Made by a program: the position numbers and the translations under genes
Part shown: one piece after another, positions 52,414 to 64,000 of the stretch
Layout of the letters: each line of letters starts with the position of its first letter
How positions within the stretch are numbered: position 1 is the first letter of the stretch
Assembly (NCBI RefSeq): GCF_902652985.1
Contig: NC_047023.1
Location: 10,416,001-10,480,000, forward strand
From: Pecten maximus
Lineage: Eukaryota
DNA length: 64,000 nt
Reading direction: 5' to 3'
Notes under the pieces: generated by a model
Database searches by the model: none
What the model saw: the letters and a program-made list of their open reading frames with translations, nothing else
What the model was told of the DNA's origin: nothing

Positions 52414-52560
52414 AGATTAGATTGCGTTTCCGGGGCTACGCAGACGTACATTGGACGGAACAAAAATCACGGGGGAGCGGAAAGCATCGTAGAACATATA
52501 CCAAGCATTACAGAAACCACGAAACATACTTCGACAATATCATAAAGCTGCTCGTTCCTG
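52414..52560 (+). CDS. ARRDC-like, exon 2
   Basis: EIRLRFRGYADVHWTEQKSRGSGKHRRTYTKHYRNHETYFDNIIKLLVP; flanked by cag and GTAAGT. Confidence 0.93.
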
Positions 52561-53103
52561 GTAAGTACTCCAGAGGTCACGAACGAGAATGATTATGTCA
52601 TGCCGGTACGTGGTATGTGTAATCTCATTGTTAATTGAAGTTCAGTACAAACAATCATCATCATGGATCGGCCAATATTACCGTGCAAACACTGTCGAAA
52701 TTATTAAATCATTTATTGACAATGCTCCAAGCTCACAGCAACAGTCGGCTTTTTTTAATGTTATAGATAGTTTAATTAAGTTTAATGTTATGGATTTAGG
52801 ATGAATAAAAATAAGGAGAATAACCGTCGTCCAGTTACAAGGACGTCTAATTCATATATTCAATAGACAAGATAGGCTACGATTGGCTATGCCTTCATTC
52901 GGATTGTCCATGCAGTACTGATGAAAGGGGTTATCTAAAGTGTAAATTGTAAAGATTTTCTCTGCATACTAATGTTGATGGAATAGAAAAATAAAATTCA
53001 TTGACAGGTTGTTGGTTTGGAAAGGCAAGCTACTAGTATTCAACCGATATGTCGAATGTGTGGCCGCTTCAAACTTTAATTCATACAAAATATACTTTTG
53101 CAG

Positions 53104-53324
53104 GTCCAGGAGAGGGCGAGCTGATCATGAAACCCGGACCATATACGTACCCCTTCGGCATAAAGCTCCCTGACCAATGTGCTACATCATTTGAGGGTAG
53201 TATTGGGCGTGTGCGGTACTACGCCCAAGCCATTGTAGATAGGCCGTGGGCCTTTGATAACGAACACTTCCATCCATTCACTGTCATACAGCTGCTGGAC
53301 CTGAACAGATGCAACGAGGCTACA
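53104..53324 (+). CDS. ARRDC-like, exon 3
   Basis: PGPYTYPFGIKLPDQCATSFEGSIGRVRYYAQAIVDRPW...LLDLN; SFEG..G.VRY signature. Confidence 0.95.
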
Positions 53325-54209
53325 GTAAGTTGAATAAACACGAATACATTTGTTTTTATGTTTTATGCTTTGAGTAAATGAGGTCGGTGTCTCCAGACAC
53401 AAAATAGCGATACCAATAATAGAACTATGGTATTATGGTATTTCGAGAAGACCCTTTTCTGTGTCGTTCTCATTTAGCAATCTATCTAAATGAGTTAAGA
53501 TGTTTTAGACTATTATTTGTTTACAACTGTTATTGCTACCACCAATCGCATGAATCAAAATCAAAACATTTCTGCTCTACGAAGCAAAATGGTTTAATAT
53601 TGTTATTGATGTTTATCAGTTAGGACCTATTTAGGAACTATAGACCTTTGGTAATTTTAGAATATTCATACAACGGCTTTGGTTGTTTAATGTTTCCATG
53701 CCTGTTAGTTAAGTTCGAATGAGGGTTTTCCGCACGCAAAAATAAAATTGTATATAATGTACATGTATTATATTCACGACTCAACGTCCGCAAAAATAAC
53801 AATACATTTCACAAATGATGACGCCTCGTTTATAAATTACCATTTCGTTTATAGCACGTCGTGCAATGACATTTTTTTTAAAAACATTTTACTATAAGTC
53901 AATATTAACCTGGATATAGCTTACTTTTGTTCTCGGGAGTCTTGGCTGTGCTATTTAGTACTGAAAATGTTTCAAAGAGGGCCCCTTGAAGAATTGTGGA
54001 TTTTCTTCCATGTCTTCTATTTCGGAGGCATTGAAGAGACCAAAAAGATCTTCTGCTCTCAGTGCAACACTAGGATCTTAAATCTATCCTAGCAGCTCTT
54101 AATATCTTAAATCTTTCATTTTTCCCTAACAGCTCTGTCTTTCTGTGCTTTTATTTCTTTCTCCAGGTGTCTCCATGACACCCGTCATCATATGACCCAA
54201 GCTGATGTA

Positions 54210-54316
54210 CAATCTAATTAAAATCAGATGTTCATTATCCACACCGTAAACTCATACAATACGACATCGTAAACTCATACGGAGTGGATAATGGACATCT
54301 GATTTTAAATAGATAG
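54210..54316. mobile_element. 107-bp MITE with ~39-bp TIRs and a degenerate 9-bp TSD, inserted in a SINE tail remnant
   Basis: The arm atctaattaaaatcagatgttcattatccacaccgta matches the reverse complement of 54278-54314 with 3 mismatches in 37. Flanks gctgatgta / gctgttgtt. Confidence 0.65.
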
Positions 54317-54935
54317 GCTGTTGTTAGGATGTTAAACTCCCAAATCAAAACAAAAGTCAAAGCATCACTTGTTTCATTGATTAATTCAGCTCATCTAGAC
54401 TACAATCCATAATTTTCTAACAATGACGTAGAGGAGAGTGAACTCTTTTTTTTCAAACAAGATATCGAAGGACTTTTTTATTTCTCAGAACATCCACAGG
54501 AAATACTATTTATGATAGTAATGATGTTTTACGTCCTAATATTGTCGCACAGCATTTACAGTGGGGTAGCAAACGAGAATAGTACCACCCTGTATTTAAA
54601 TCCTCTAGATATAAATACATGTTTAATAGTTTGTATGTGACGCATAACTGACATCTACTGATTACATATACTTTGATATTGATGATACAATGCAGAATAA
54701 ATTTTCAATTATTTTTCCTGTTCAATGGCATTTCAACTGAGTGCATTCGCTGAGCATATCACATGAATATATGTACTCATAAAAAGATCTCGGTGTTTAT
54801 AAATGATTTTACTTATGCACTCAATGTACAAGGTAAATACAGAGATTGAAGGATGTAGTATCAATTTCTGAAATATGAATATTTGAATTTGTTAAACTAA
54901 AGAGGTGAATACATTTCAGAATAAGGTTAAGCTTT

Positions 54936-55410
54936 GGTTTTACATTGTTTAACGTCTTATCAACAGCTAAGGCCATTTAAAGAAGGCCTCCTCTGAGTGC
55001 GAGATGCATGTTTGTGGTGAATGTGTGTTTTGTGAGGCTGCAGTATGTTCGTGTTTGTCACCTTGTGATAGCGCGGAGCTGATGGCTACTTTAAAGTGCT
55101 ACCTCACTGGAGCATACTGCCGAATACACCCAACAGGATACCCACTTCGTCACATTATACTGACAACGGGCGAGTCAGTCGTCCCACTCCCAAAAATACA
55201 AAGCGCTAAGCTCTGATATGTCTCGACCAGGGGACAGAATCCAAAGCATTCCTCACAGGGGCGAACGCTAAACTAAAGGTCAAAATTAAGGCAGCGTCAA
55301 GATTGTGAAATAGGAAGTTGCTAGAAAGAAGAGAAAAAATAAGATCCCAAATTTACTCGCCTCTTACGATCATGCAATGGGGAAAGAAGGTACAATTCTT
55401 TCGCCTTCCT
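54936..55410 (-). mobile_element. SINE-like interspersed repeat in reverse orientation, ARRDC intron 3
   Basis: The minus-strand 3' end aaatggccttagctgttgataagacgttaaac matches the tail of the SINE at 18274. The internal gtcacattatactgacaacgggcgagtcagtc is a common bivalve SINE core. Confidence 0.65.
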
Positions 55411-55588
55411 ACAAATGTGCTATTTCTCACCGATGAATTAAAATGTGTTATTATTCGTTCCATGAAAAGAAATTAACAAAAAATAATAATCATACACGTA
55501 ATAATAATTACAACCACAATGATAGGTACATTTCTATATTCAAATGAAACAATTGAAATGGTTTAATCTATATATATCCTTATCGCAG

Positions 55589-55771
55589 CACACCGCCAGC
55601 AATCAGGGATCAAAGACTCTGTGTTGCCTGTGCTGTGAGTCCGGACCAATTACAGGCAGTCTACATCTAAACCGATTAGGATATGTACCAGGCGAGAAGA
55701 TAATGGTACAGGGAGAAGTCGTTAACCACAGTCGGAGAGCTATGAAAAATCACCAGATCAACCTCTTAATG
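55589..55771 (+). CDS. ARRDC-like, exon 4 (start of arrestin-C)
   Basis: HTASNQGSKTLCCLCCESGPITGSLHLNRLGYVPGEKIMVQGEVVNHSRRAMKNHQINLLM; CCxCC.SGP and GYVPGE motifs; 183 bp. Confidence 0.94.
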
Positions 55772-56572
55772 GTAAGGCTTCCTCACTTTAACTTATCATG
55801 AAAATAGCAACCACAGTCGGAGAGCGATGAAAAATCACCAGATCAACCTCTTAATGGTAAGGCTTCCTCGCTATAACATATCATGAAAATAACAACCACA
55901 GTCGGAGAGCGATGACAAATCACCAGATCAACCTCTTAATGGTAAGGCTTCCTCACTTTAACTTATCATGAAAATAGCAACCACAGTCGGAGAGCTATGA
56001 AAAATCACCAGATCAACCTCTTAATGGTAAGGCTTTCTCACTATAACATATCATGAAAATAACAACCACAGTCGGAAAGCGATGAAAAATCACCAGATCA
56101 ACCTCTTAATGGTAAGGCGTCGTCACTTTAACTTATCATGAAAATAGCAACCACAGTCGGAGAGCGATGAAAAATCACCAGATCAACCTCTTAATGGTAA
56201 GGCTTCCTCGCTATAACATATCATGAAAATAACAACCACAGTCGGAGAGCGATGACAAATCACCAGATCAACCTCTTAATGGTAAGGCTTCCTCACTTTA
56301 ACTTATCATGAAAATAGCAACCACAGTCGGAGAGCGATGAAAAATCACCAGATCAACCTCTTAATGGTAAGGCTTCCTCACTATAACATATCATGAAAAT
56401 AACAACCACAGTCGGAGAGCGATGAAAAATCACCAGATCAACCTCTTAATGGTAAGGCTTCCTCACTATAACATATCATGAAAATAACAACCACAGTCGG
56501 AGAGCTATGAAAAATCACCAGATCAACCTCTGAATGGTAAGGCTTCCTCACTTTAACTTATCATAAAAATAA
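55724..56572 (+). repeat. 85-bp tandem repeat (10 copies) spanning the ARRDC exon 4/intron 4 junction
   Basis: Each unit is the last 48 nt of exon 4 plus 37 nt of intron beginning GTAAGG. Donors at 55772, 55857, ... 56537. Confidence 0.97.
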
Positions 56573-57179
56573 CATATAGTTCGCAAACGAATGTGTACTT
56601 ATTCTATTTCCATATTGCTGTCTATAACTTTTATAGAATAAATGTTATTGATTTCACAAGGATTTTATGGAATGAATTCAATAAGTATTGGGCAACAGGC
56701 TAATGCTTGTAGAATTCCATTCTAAGATGAAATAATGAAATGTTTACATAGATAGTATGGTATAGTAATTAAAAATGATCAACAAGACAGTACAGAAGAA
56801 TAGATTATATATCAAAATATTTAATGATTATATATTATATATAATCATATGTATGACACAAAGTATTGTGCCAACTGCCTGGTCTGATATATAATTTTCA
56901 AGATAAGAAAATTGTGTATTGACTGATGGTTTTCGTGTAATCTAAAGTAAAGTATTTTGTGTAAATGATGATAGTTAATCATTTTGAAGTATTATATCAT
57001 GGCTGGCATTGTCTTATTTGTGATAATGACCCATTGTTGTCAGAAATTATCTTTATAGTCTTTATGGAGAGAAGTAATTCTTTCCTGTGCATATCTATAA
57101 CTTACTTGACTGCATTGTTTTATTCCCTATTGTTTTATTGTTTATACCCCATTTCCATAACAATTACCATCAATTACAG

Positions 57180-57362
57180 AACGTTAATTACCACGCAACA
57201 CAAAAGACACGAACGGTTCAAACGGAAGTGGCAGAGCTCCGGAAGTTGGAGATACAGCCAGGGGAGACGGATCATTGGAATGGAGAAGGCTTAGTGGTAC
57301 CACCACTGCCAGCTTCCGGTCTACCGGGCTGTAGAATTATAAGCATTGATTACACTGTTGAG
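57180..57362 (+). CDS. ARRDC-like, exon 5
   Basis: NVNYHATQKTRTVQTEVAELRKLEIQPGETDHWNGEGLVVPPLPASGLPGCRIISIDYTVE; VPPLP.S.L.GC.II.I.Y motif. Confidence 0.94.
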
Positions 57363-57688
57363 GTTTGTGGAAGTTTTGAAACATAACTACACGTGAACAA
57401 CTTGCTAGCTTTTCATAATGATTATCTACATACAAACTCGGTATCCTGTTAATGAAATCTAGTTTTCAGATCCTACCCAGCCAAACCAAGAGAGGCATAT
57501 AATACGAGCCTAAAATGGCTGTCAGTGGTTATGAACATAACACGTAGTCTATCAAATGATATACATCCATTAATCATGAACTGATGAACGCGTTATTTAT
57601 TCATTTATATAGATTTTATTTGCTTGATGTATTTAGATATCATCCAAAATGACATTTTTTTAAAAAGAAATTTGCTTTTTTATTTCAG

Positions 57689-57929
57689 CTGCAGGTTGTC
57701 CCCACTGGGATCGCTTTTGATCTGAGTGTTCCCATCGGTGTTGTAATCGGCAGCATTCCATTACTATCAGTTGTCCAGCAGAATGGTATACCGATGAATA
57801 AACCCGTCCCTCAGCCGTCGGCACCGCCCTCAGTCAACCCTTCAGCCCCGCCCCCGTCTTATAGTGACATCTATCACGATGACCCCGCCTACCCGCCGCC
57901 CCCACAGGCGCTGATGCCAGCAAATATAC
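57689..57929 (+). CDS. ARRDC-like, exon 6 (end of arrestin-C and first PPxY)
   Basis: LQVVPTGIAFDLSVPIGVVIGSIPL...PSAPPPSYSDIY...; donor C|GTAAGT, phase 1. Confidence 0.92.
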
Positions 57930-58149
57930 GTAAGTTGGTCAGAGAACGAACGGAATTGAAGAAAAAAACAAAAAAACAAAACCGAAATCGGAGGAAAAAC
58001 AGAATACGGGTTGAGGATTCTTTTAAGTTTTTCCGAAAGTTGATGTTTATGATTTGACACACAACTTTTGTAATTCTTGAAAGATTATGGTGTATCTGGT
58101 ATCTGATTAATTGAAAAAAATAACATAGCGAGTAAGCAATCCATTTATA

Positions 58150-59010
58150 AGAATGACACGTGGGTAGGTAATCAGATATGAGAATGACACGTGGGTAGGT
58201 AATCTGATATGAGAATGACACGTGGGTAGGTAATCTGATATGAGAATGACACGTCGTGTAAGTAATCTGATATGAGAATGACACGTGGGTAGGTAATCTG
58301 ATATGAGAATGACACGTGGGTAGGTAATCTGATATGAGAATGACACGTGGGTAGGTAATCTGATATGAGAATGACACGTGGGTAGGTAATCTGATATGAG
58401 AATGACACGTGGGTAGGTAATCTGATATGAGAATGACACGTGGGTAGGTAATCTGATATGAGAATGACACGTGGGTAGGTAATCAGATATGAGAATGACA
58501 CGTGGGTAGGTAATCTGATATGAGAATGACACGTGGGTAGGTAATCTGATATGAGAATGACACGTGGGTAAGTAATCTGATATGAGAATGACACGTGGGT
58601 AGGTAATCTGATATGAGAATGACACGTGGGTAGGTAATCTGATATGAGAATGACACGTGGGTAGGTAATCTGATATGAGAATGACACGTGGGTAGGTAAT
58701 CTGATATGAGAATGACACGTGGGTAGGTAATCAGATATGAGAATGACACGTGGGTAGGTAATCTGATATGAGAATGACACGTGGGTAGGTAATCTGATAT
58801 GAGAATGACACGTGGGTAGGTAATCTGACATGAGAATGACACGTGGGTAGGTGATCTGATATGAGAATGACACGTGGGTAAGTAATCTGATATGAGAATG
58901 ACACGTGGGTAAGTAATCTGATATGAGAATGACACGTGGGTAAGTAATCTGATATGAGAATGACACGTGGGTAGGTAATCTGATATGAGAATGACACGTG
59001 GGTAAGTAAC
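58150..59010. repeat. 31-bp minisatellite (~28 copies) in ARRDC intron 6
   Basis: gagaatgacacgtgggtaggtaatctgatat; it explains the repetitive minus-strand ORFs. Confidence 0.96.
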
Positions 59011-59749
59011 CTATTGAAGATGACGACAAAGGGTATCGAATGAAGAAAAGACTTGTATACATTTTTTATACAACACCAATTTTCGAGGTTGTTCTTCCTA
59101 TTGTCAACACTCCAAAGTTTTGTTTTTTCTGCGTCTCTGTTTATTTTTGGAATTTATTGAATAAATGATTGCATTGTCCTGAAGAAACAAGATCGGTCTT
59201 ATCTATATCTAATGTACCCATCTGTCTTACTGTCAGTCACTGGTGATCATTTTTATTATTTTGTTATTATTAATGTATATTTTTGTATATATATATTGTA
59301 GATATATTTCTATTCCATGAGTGTGATATAATGTTTTTCAGTGGTATGCAGTGCATGCGCTTCTACCGACCGTGTAGCACTTTTAATGAATTGATCATAT
59401 TTATATACCAAAACATCATCATATGTGGACAAGAAGAATTTAAGAACAAATCATTATGTTAAATCGACTTTATAAAGTCCAGTCAAGTGCAGTCAACTAA
59501 AAAATTAAGCATGTCATACCAAAGCTATCATGTGAAAAGACAATACTATTATTGCATAAATTATCTTTTTGGTTCCAATCAAATGTAGTGAGCATTGGTT
59601 GTAGCCGATATTACCATCCTTAAGTATATTTTTTCACACTCCACATTTCAATCAACTAATCTAATGCTCTTATGAATAAAAAAGTAACATACTCATATCA
59701 TATCTTTTTTATTATTATTTTACTGAAAACGTATGTGTTGCAATTTCAG

Positions 59750-59967
59750 CTCCACCCTCGTACGGCCGTAGTGCGCTTGGTGCTATGTCTGGGGGGTACA
59801 GTGAAGGAAATGAGGTTGATGACGAAAACGAACAGGTCGCCTCTAACGCTGTCCAACCGTCCAACCAACCGTCCAACCAACCTTGGGCTCCAGTGTACCC
59901 GTTCTACGACTGGAATCGCCCGGATGAAAATTTCACCGTCAAAGAAAAGGAACAAAAGAAGAAATAA
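59750..59967 (+). CDS. ARRDC-like, exon 7 (second PPxY and stop)
   Basis: ttcag|CT CCA CCC TCG TAC = PPPSY, ending WAPVYPFYDWNRPDENFTVKEKEQKKK*. Total CDS 1308 nt. Confidence 0.9.
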
Positions 59968-61829
59968 CCTTAGTGATATAATCTTTATATCGACATGCTG
60001 TTACTTTCGGTGTTCATATGTCAATATCTTACATATTGGAAATGATATTGAGGCCAAAATGTTTGATTTTATCTACAGGGTAAAGAAATTTCATTAAAGT
60101 GACAAAGCATTATACTTTTAACAAAACTTAACAGCAATTTTGCACGCGGTTGTCATAAAACATTTGACAAAATGCATTTCAAATTACAAAAATCTTTTTT
60201 TTTTCAACTACTTTTTTTATCCAGTAACTTCAATTGTTTCATAACTAATGTGACACGTGATAAATTTCATAACAAAGCGCGGTGGGTAACCACTTTCAAG
60301 GCCTCCGATTAGCCATGCCTGACCTCCAACAGTTCTGATTGGCTAACATCTGGCCATTCACCACGGACTACTTCTACTCTCATTCATTATGTTTGCTGTC
60401 TTTTGTAAATTATTACCTCAACATGGACACGTTTTGTCGATTAAGCGGGTATCAACTTTGGCCTAACAGAATGAGTGGAGCGTCCTCATCGAAAAGTCGA
60501 TTAAAATACGCACGGAACTGAGATATCCCATACTGACACTGTCACATGGGAATTACACACATTGCTCAGCACTCAAGGTCGGTTTCCGAAATATCTGTTG
60601 AAATGCGCGGTGTCGTGAATGAACAAATATAATAGCATACCTATGAAGTCCAGGAAAAGTACCGATAACTGAATATGACGGTGATTAGTCTAGATATATT
60701 CAGCTGTGACGTTAGACTTCGCCATCTTTGAATATTTTTCGGAGTCATTTTAATAAGTGTTATATCAGTACAAACATAAACATACAATGTACTAATATTT
60801 CACATTATAGATTACATATACAAATAGTTTAATACATACATTAGTCTTTCCTTTAAAATTGATAATAAACTTTCCGTTATGACGAACTATATTTTGTCGC
60901 GTAGTGATTCGGCTCACAGAATTCAGTTGTTACGTTAGGATAATTTGAACTCAGTACATATGTAAGTTAGAGAAGTTGTAGGATAAACATGTTCCCGAAC
61001 GACTTGCAGTAATTTATCAAGTTTATCTTAACCCTTGTTAGGTAATTTTCAAACTTAGAAAAGACACGAACTTCAGTTGGATCAAACATAATGAACCACC
61101 GTTACTTATTGGGGAACCTTCATGAGATAAAATCCATGGAATGAAATTCTGTATTGATTAATGAACTGGTGCGTAACTGACGCGTACATATATGGGGACA
61201 AACTGTGTGCAGTAATTAAATTAACCAAATCTTCCTTGCAATTATTTTGTTTAATGGTCATGAAGGAGACTCTTAGTGTTCTATATACATTTTATACAAA
61301 GCATAGTATTTCAAAATGGATATGCCAAACAATGAATCTTTTATATACACTTGTATGTCTATCTTGTGATATTAAAATCGTTACTTACAGACAATCATTG
61401 GGTTTTATGCAATGTTTGTTTTCTGCTACTCTTCTGTAACATATTTTATACATACATCTTCTATACAATTTTGTAATGTAAAATAAATATATTTTTTCAT
61501 GTTTGACTGTATGAATTATTCCTTAAATCTTCCAAGAGTAAATAAAAAGGTGTTTTTTTTCATAGCGCTTAGTTATCACAGTGTTCCTGACTTTGTCCCA
61601 AATGCTCAAAATAAATTCCCTAATGGCTTAACAATTCAGAGTGTCACGTGACCTCAATTAAGATTCTTATGTACTGCCATTGAATGCCAAAGAAACCCAA
61701 CTCGAACTTAACCCAGACAGCTTTTAATTAGATGATTATAGTATACAATATACAATGTAGCTATAATGTAAAATTTATCTATTTTACAACAATTGGGAAA
61801 CTTAAGTTGTATAAACTTATATTACAGTG

Positions 61830-61996
61830 AGTAATCACGCATGTTGGTCCAGAAAGAAGCGCGCTTGGGGTCATACTGTGGGACGAAACCGGAGAAATCG
61901 GGGGGGAAAAACACGTGGTCAGGCAGGTGACCCCATATCTCGGTTTTACGTCCGATTGGGGAATCGAACCCCCGGCCACCTAGGTGAAAGGCAAAC
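61830..61996 (-). mobile_element. tRNA-derived SINE fragment
   Basis: Minus strand reads ttgcctttcacctaggtggccgggggttcgattcccc (B box GTTCGATTC), followed by a V-like ttttcccccccgatttctccggttt. Confidence 0.6.
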
Positions 61997-62266
61997 CTCC
62001 TTTCATGTTCTGGCTCAATTTCATCTCGCTCTTGCTTGGCAAAGGTACATCACTGAGTACTGTTGTATTTCTGAGAGGCAGACAAGAAGAAAATCAAAGT
62101 TAGGTACTCAATGATATTTATGATTTTATATCAAGCATATTTGCAGGGAGATCCTTGAATCATCGACGACACCTGCCATGCAAATCTAGGTAAAATCCTC
62201 AAAATGAAAATCAGTGTGGCGATAACGTTAACACAGCGCATATGAACGGTAAAGCGGAAGCTTATC

Positions 62267-62807
62267 AGCGTGTTCCATTTAGCGGAACGTTCCGGTTGTG
62301 CCACCTTGGAACGGGTTCGCTAAATGGTACATGACGTTCCAATCACGTTCTGCGCACGCGAAATCCAACATGGCGGACATAACCATGATTGCGTCAGCGT
62401 CCTATACGTTTTTGTCGTTTTTAAACGAGGACGAAGACGATACTGTAGAAACAGTAGCGGCGGTTTGTACAAAAAGAAACGAACGTGCCAGAATTCCTTT
62501 TTATGTTGAGACTGTAATCAAATATTATGAAGAACATGAGTTTCATTCACATTTCAGAATGACCAGGAGTTATTTTGAAATCTTAATAGATCTTATTCAT
62601 GGCACTTGTAAAGTGCCGGTCTATTATGAGCAGGGCCGTAAGCCCATTTCTATTGAGAAGCAAGTTTTGGTAACCATATGGTACTTAGCCAATAAAGACT
62701 CACACAGAGAGATAGCAGACCGTTTTTATGTCACTGTAAGTAGTATCGCCAGGACTAAGGCCCGAGTCATCATCGCCATAATCGAATTGAGGATGCATGT
62801 AACGTGA
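62267..62807 (+). mobile_element. PIF/Harbinger transposon 5' part encoding a truncated transposase (HARBI1-like N-terminal HTH region; no DDE domain)
   Basis: ORF from ATG 62370 contains EEHEFHSHFRMTRSYFEILIDLI...GRKPISIEKQVLVTIWYLANKDSHREIADRF, matching the Harbinger F..HFRM....F..L and I..EK.L...W.LA.....R.IA..F motifs. It stops before the catalytic domain. Confidence 0.82.
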
Positions 62808-62888
62808 GGTTATATTGAAGCTTAAATCACGAAACTGTAATTTGACAAACTCGAGATCTGTTGGGAAATGTCCCATGATATCTGAAGT

Positions 62889-62952
62889 CATCTTCGCTAG
62901 CCAAGGCTTCTGATTACGTTGCACTCCACGCAAGCCTTGGCTAGCGAAGATG
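62889..62952. mobile_element. 64-bp MITE with perfect 21-bp TIRs and a 9-bp TSD
   Basis: catcttcgctagccaaggctt ... aagccttggctagcgaagatg; ATCTGAAGT at 62880-62888 and 62953-62961. Confidence 0.85.
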
Positions 62953-63109
62953 ATCTGAAGTATGCCTGATGAAATCCAATACTCAATTCCTAGTTGGTAG
63001 ACGTTACATTTAAACTCGAACACGTTTTTATCAAAAGTATATCCATTCAAGACTGGCCGTGAATATGGCGGGAAGGGGATGTTGGGGGTACGGATTCTAT
63101 TCCCCGGTC

Positions 63110-63420
63110 TACTGTGTGTGTGAAGGGTGTATCTGTGGTGGGTGTTGGAGGGTGCATGTGTGGTGGGTGGGGGTGGGGCGTGTGTGTATATGGTGGGTGT
63201 GTGTGGGTGCGAGAGTGAATGTGTGGTGGGTTGGGGGTGAGGGTATATGTGTGGTGGGTGTGAGTGGGTGAGGGTGAGGGGGTAAGGGTGTGTGCGAGGG
63301 TGTATGTGTGGTAGGTGTGAGTGGGTGCGAGGGTGTATGTGTGGTAGGTGTGAGCGAGGGTGTATGTGTGGTAGGTGGGGGTGAGGGTGTGTGCGAGGGT
63401 GTATGTGTAGTGGATGGGTT
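63110..63420. repeat. GT-rich low-complexity repeat
   Basis: Degenerate gagggtgtatgtgtggtgggtgt units; source of the His/Pro-rich minus-strand ORF. Confidence 0.85.
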
Positions 63421-64000
63421 TGTGTTAAACTATATACCCACATCGCTTGTCTGCCTCAATTCTGCAATGAAAACAAACAAAACCTCTATCATCGTATATC
63501 AGATCGATGGCCATACTGAATTCCAGGGATTCGTAGCCAATCTCCATCGTCTTGGTAGTTATAGATAAGGAAGAGCCAAAATAAATCGGACTGCGCCATA
63601 CAGTGTAGGAATGAAACCGTAGTAAGTAATATATATGTTACGATAAACCCCGGAGACTTAAACTCTGCAGCAGCGTCTGAGTCACACACGATATCAACAC
63701 ATTTCAAAGCAAATTAAGAGTTGGATAAAGTAGAACCAAATAAAGACTGCATTATACCGTTGTTTCGTCATTCTAGGTCTCGTCGGTGAACAATTGACCC
63801 ATCAACACCAGCTGTTTACCTCGGACTTAACTAATACAGTAGTGACCGGTCATAGATAAGCTGTGTAAGTCAGATTACAATTTATATCAATTTATCGACT
63901 GTTAATTTTCCAATTCTGGCATAACTTTCCCCTTTTCATAGCAAATTGAACTTTGACCTCTTACTTGACCAGATTTTCAATATATACATGTACCTACATG

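Noticed and set aside
57889-59062. Long minus-strand repetitive ORFs (up to 296 aa)
   Set aside because: They arise from the 31-bp minisatellite, which cycles through all frames, and are antisense within an ARRDC intron.
62700-63443. 247-aa His/Pro/Thr-rich minus-strand ORF
   Set aside because: Product of a GT-rich low-complexity repeat and MITE sequence; no domain or splice support.

Overview
Eukaryotic, AT-rich, intron-containing animal DNA. It is most likely a bivalve mollusc, possibly a scallop (inferred from V/Meta-type tRNA SINEs and a Helentron/HINE-type ~145-bp satellite). Five protein-coding genes were reconstructed by hand with GT-AG junctions and consistent phases. (1) A minus-strand ORF of at least 634 codons running off the left edge (1..1902), missing from the ORF track. 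(2) Its tandem paralog, a 2-coding-exon, 556-aa protein (12261..15661). Genes 1 and 2 share an N-terminal coiled-coil-like domain (32/73 identical, ungapped) that is possibly CCDC190-like. (3) A 7-exon CIB1-like EF-hand gene (22204..28830, minus, 186 aa). (4) A 2-exon, 9-finger C2H2 zinc-finger gene (39113..43531, minus, 892 aa). (5) A 7-exon alpha-arrestin (ARRDC) gene (51668..59967, plus, 435 aa). The rest holds about ten mini/satellite arrays, SINEs, a 5'-truncated LINE with an 11-bp TSD, a Penelope-like relic, small MITEs and a Harbinger transposase fragment. The most notable items are a 10-copy 85-bp array that multiplies an ARRDC splice donor, the uncharacterised paralog pair with repeated RPxTA motifs, duplicated zinc-finger modules with identical recognition helices, and a possible unannotated small gene near 46.8-48.5 kb. 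No prokaryotic-type system (CRISPR, operon) is present.
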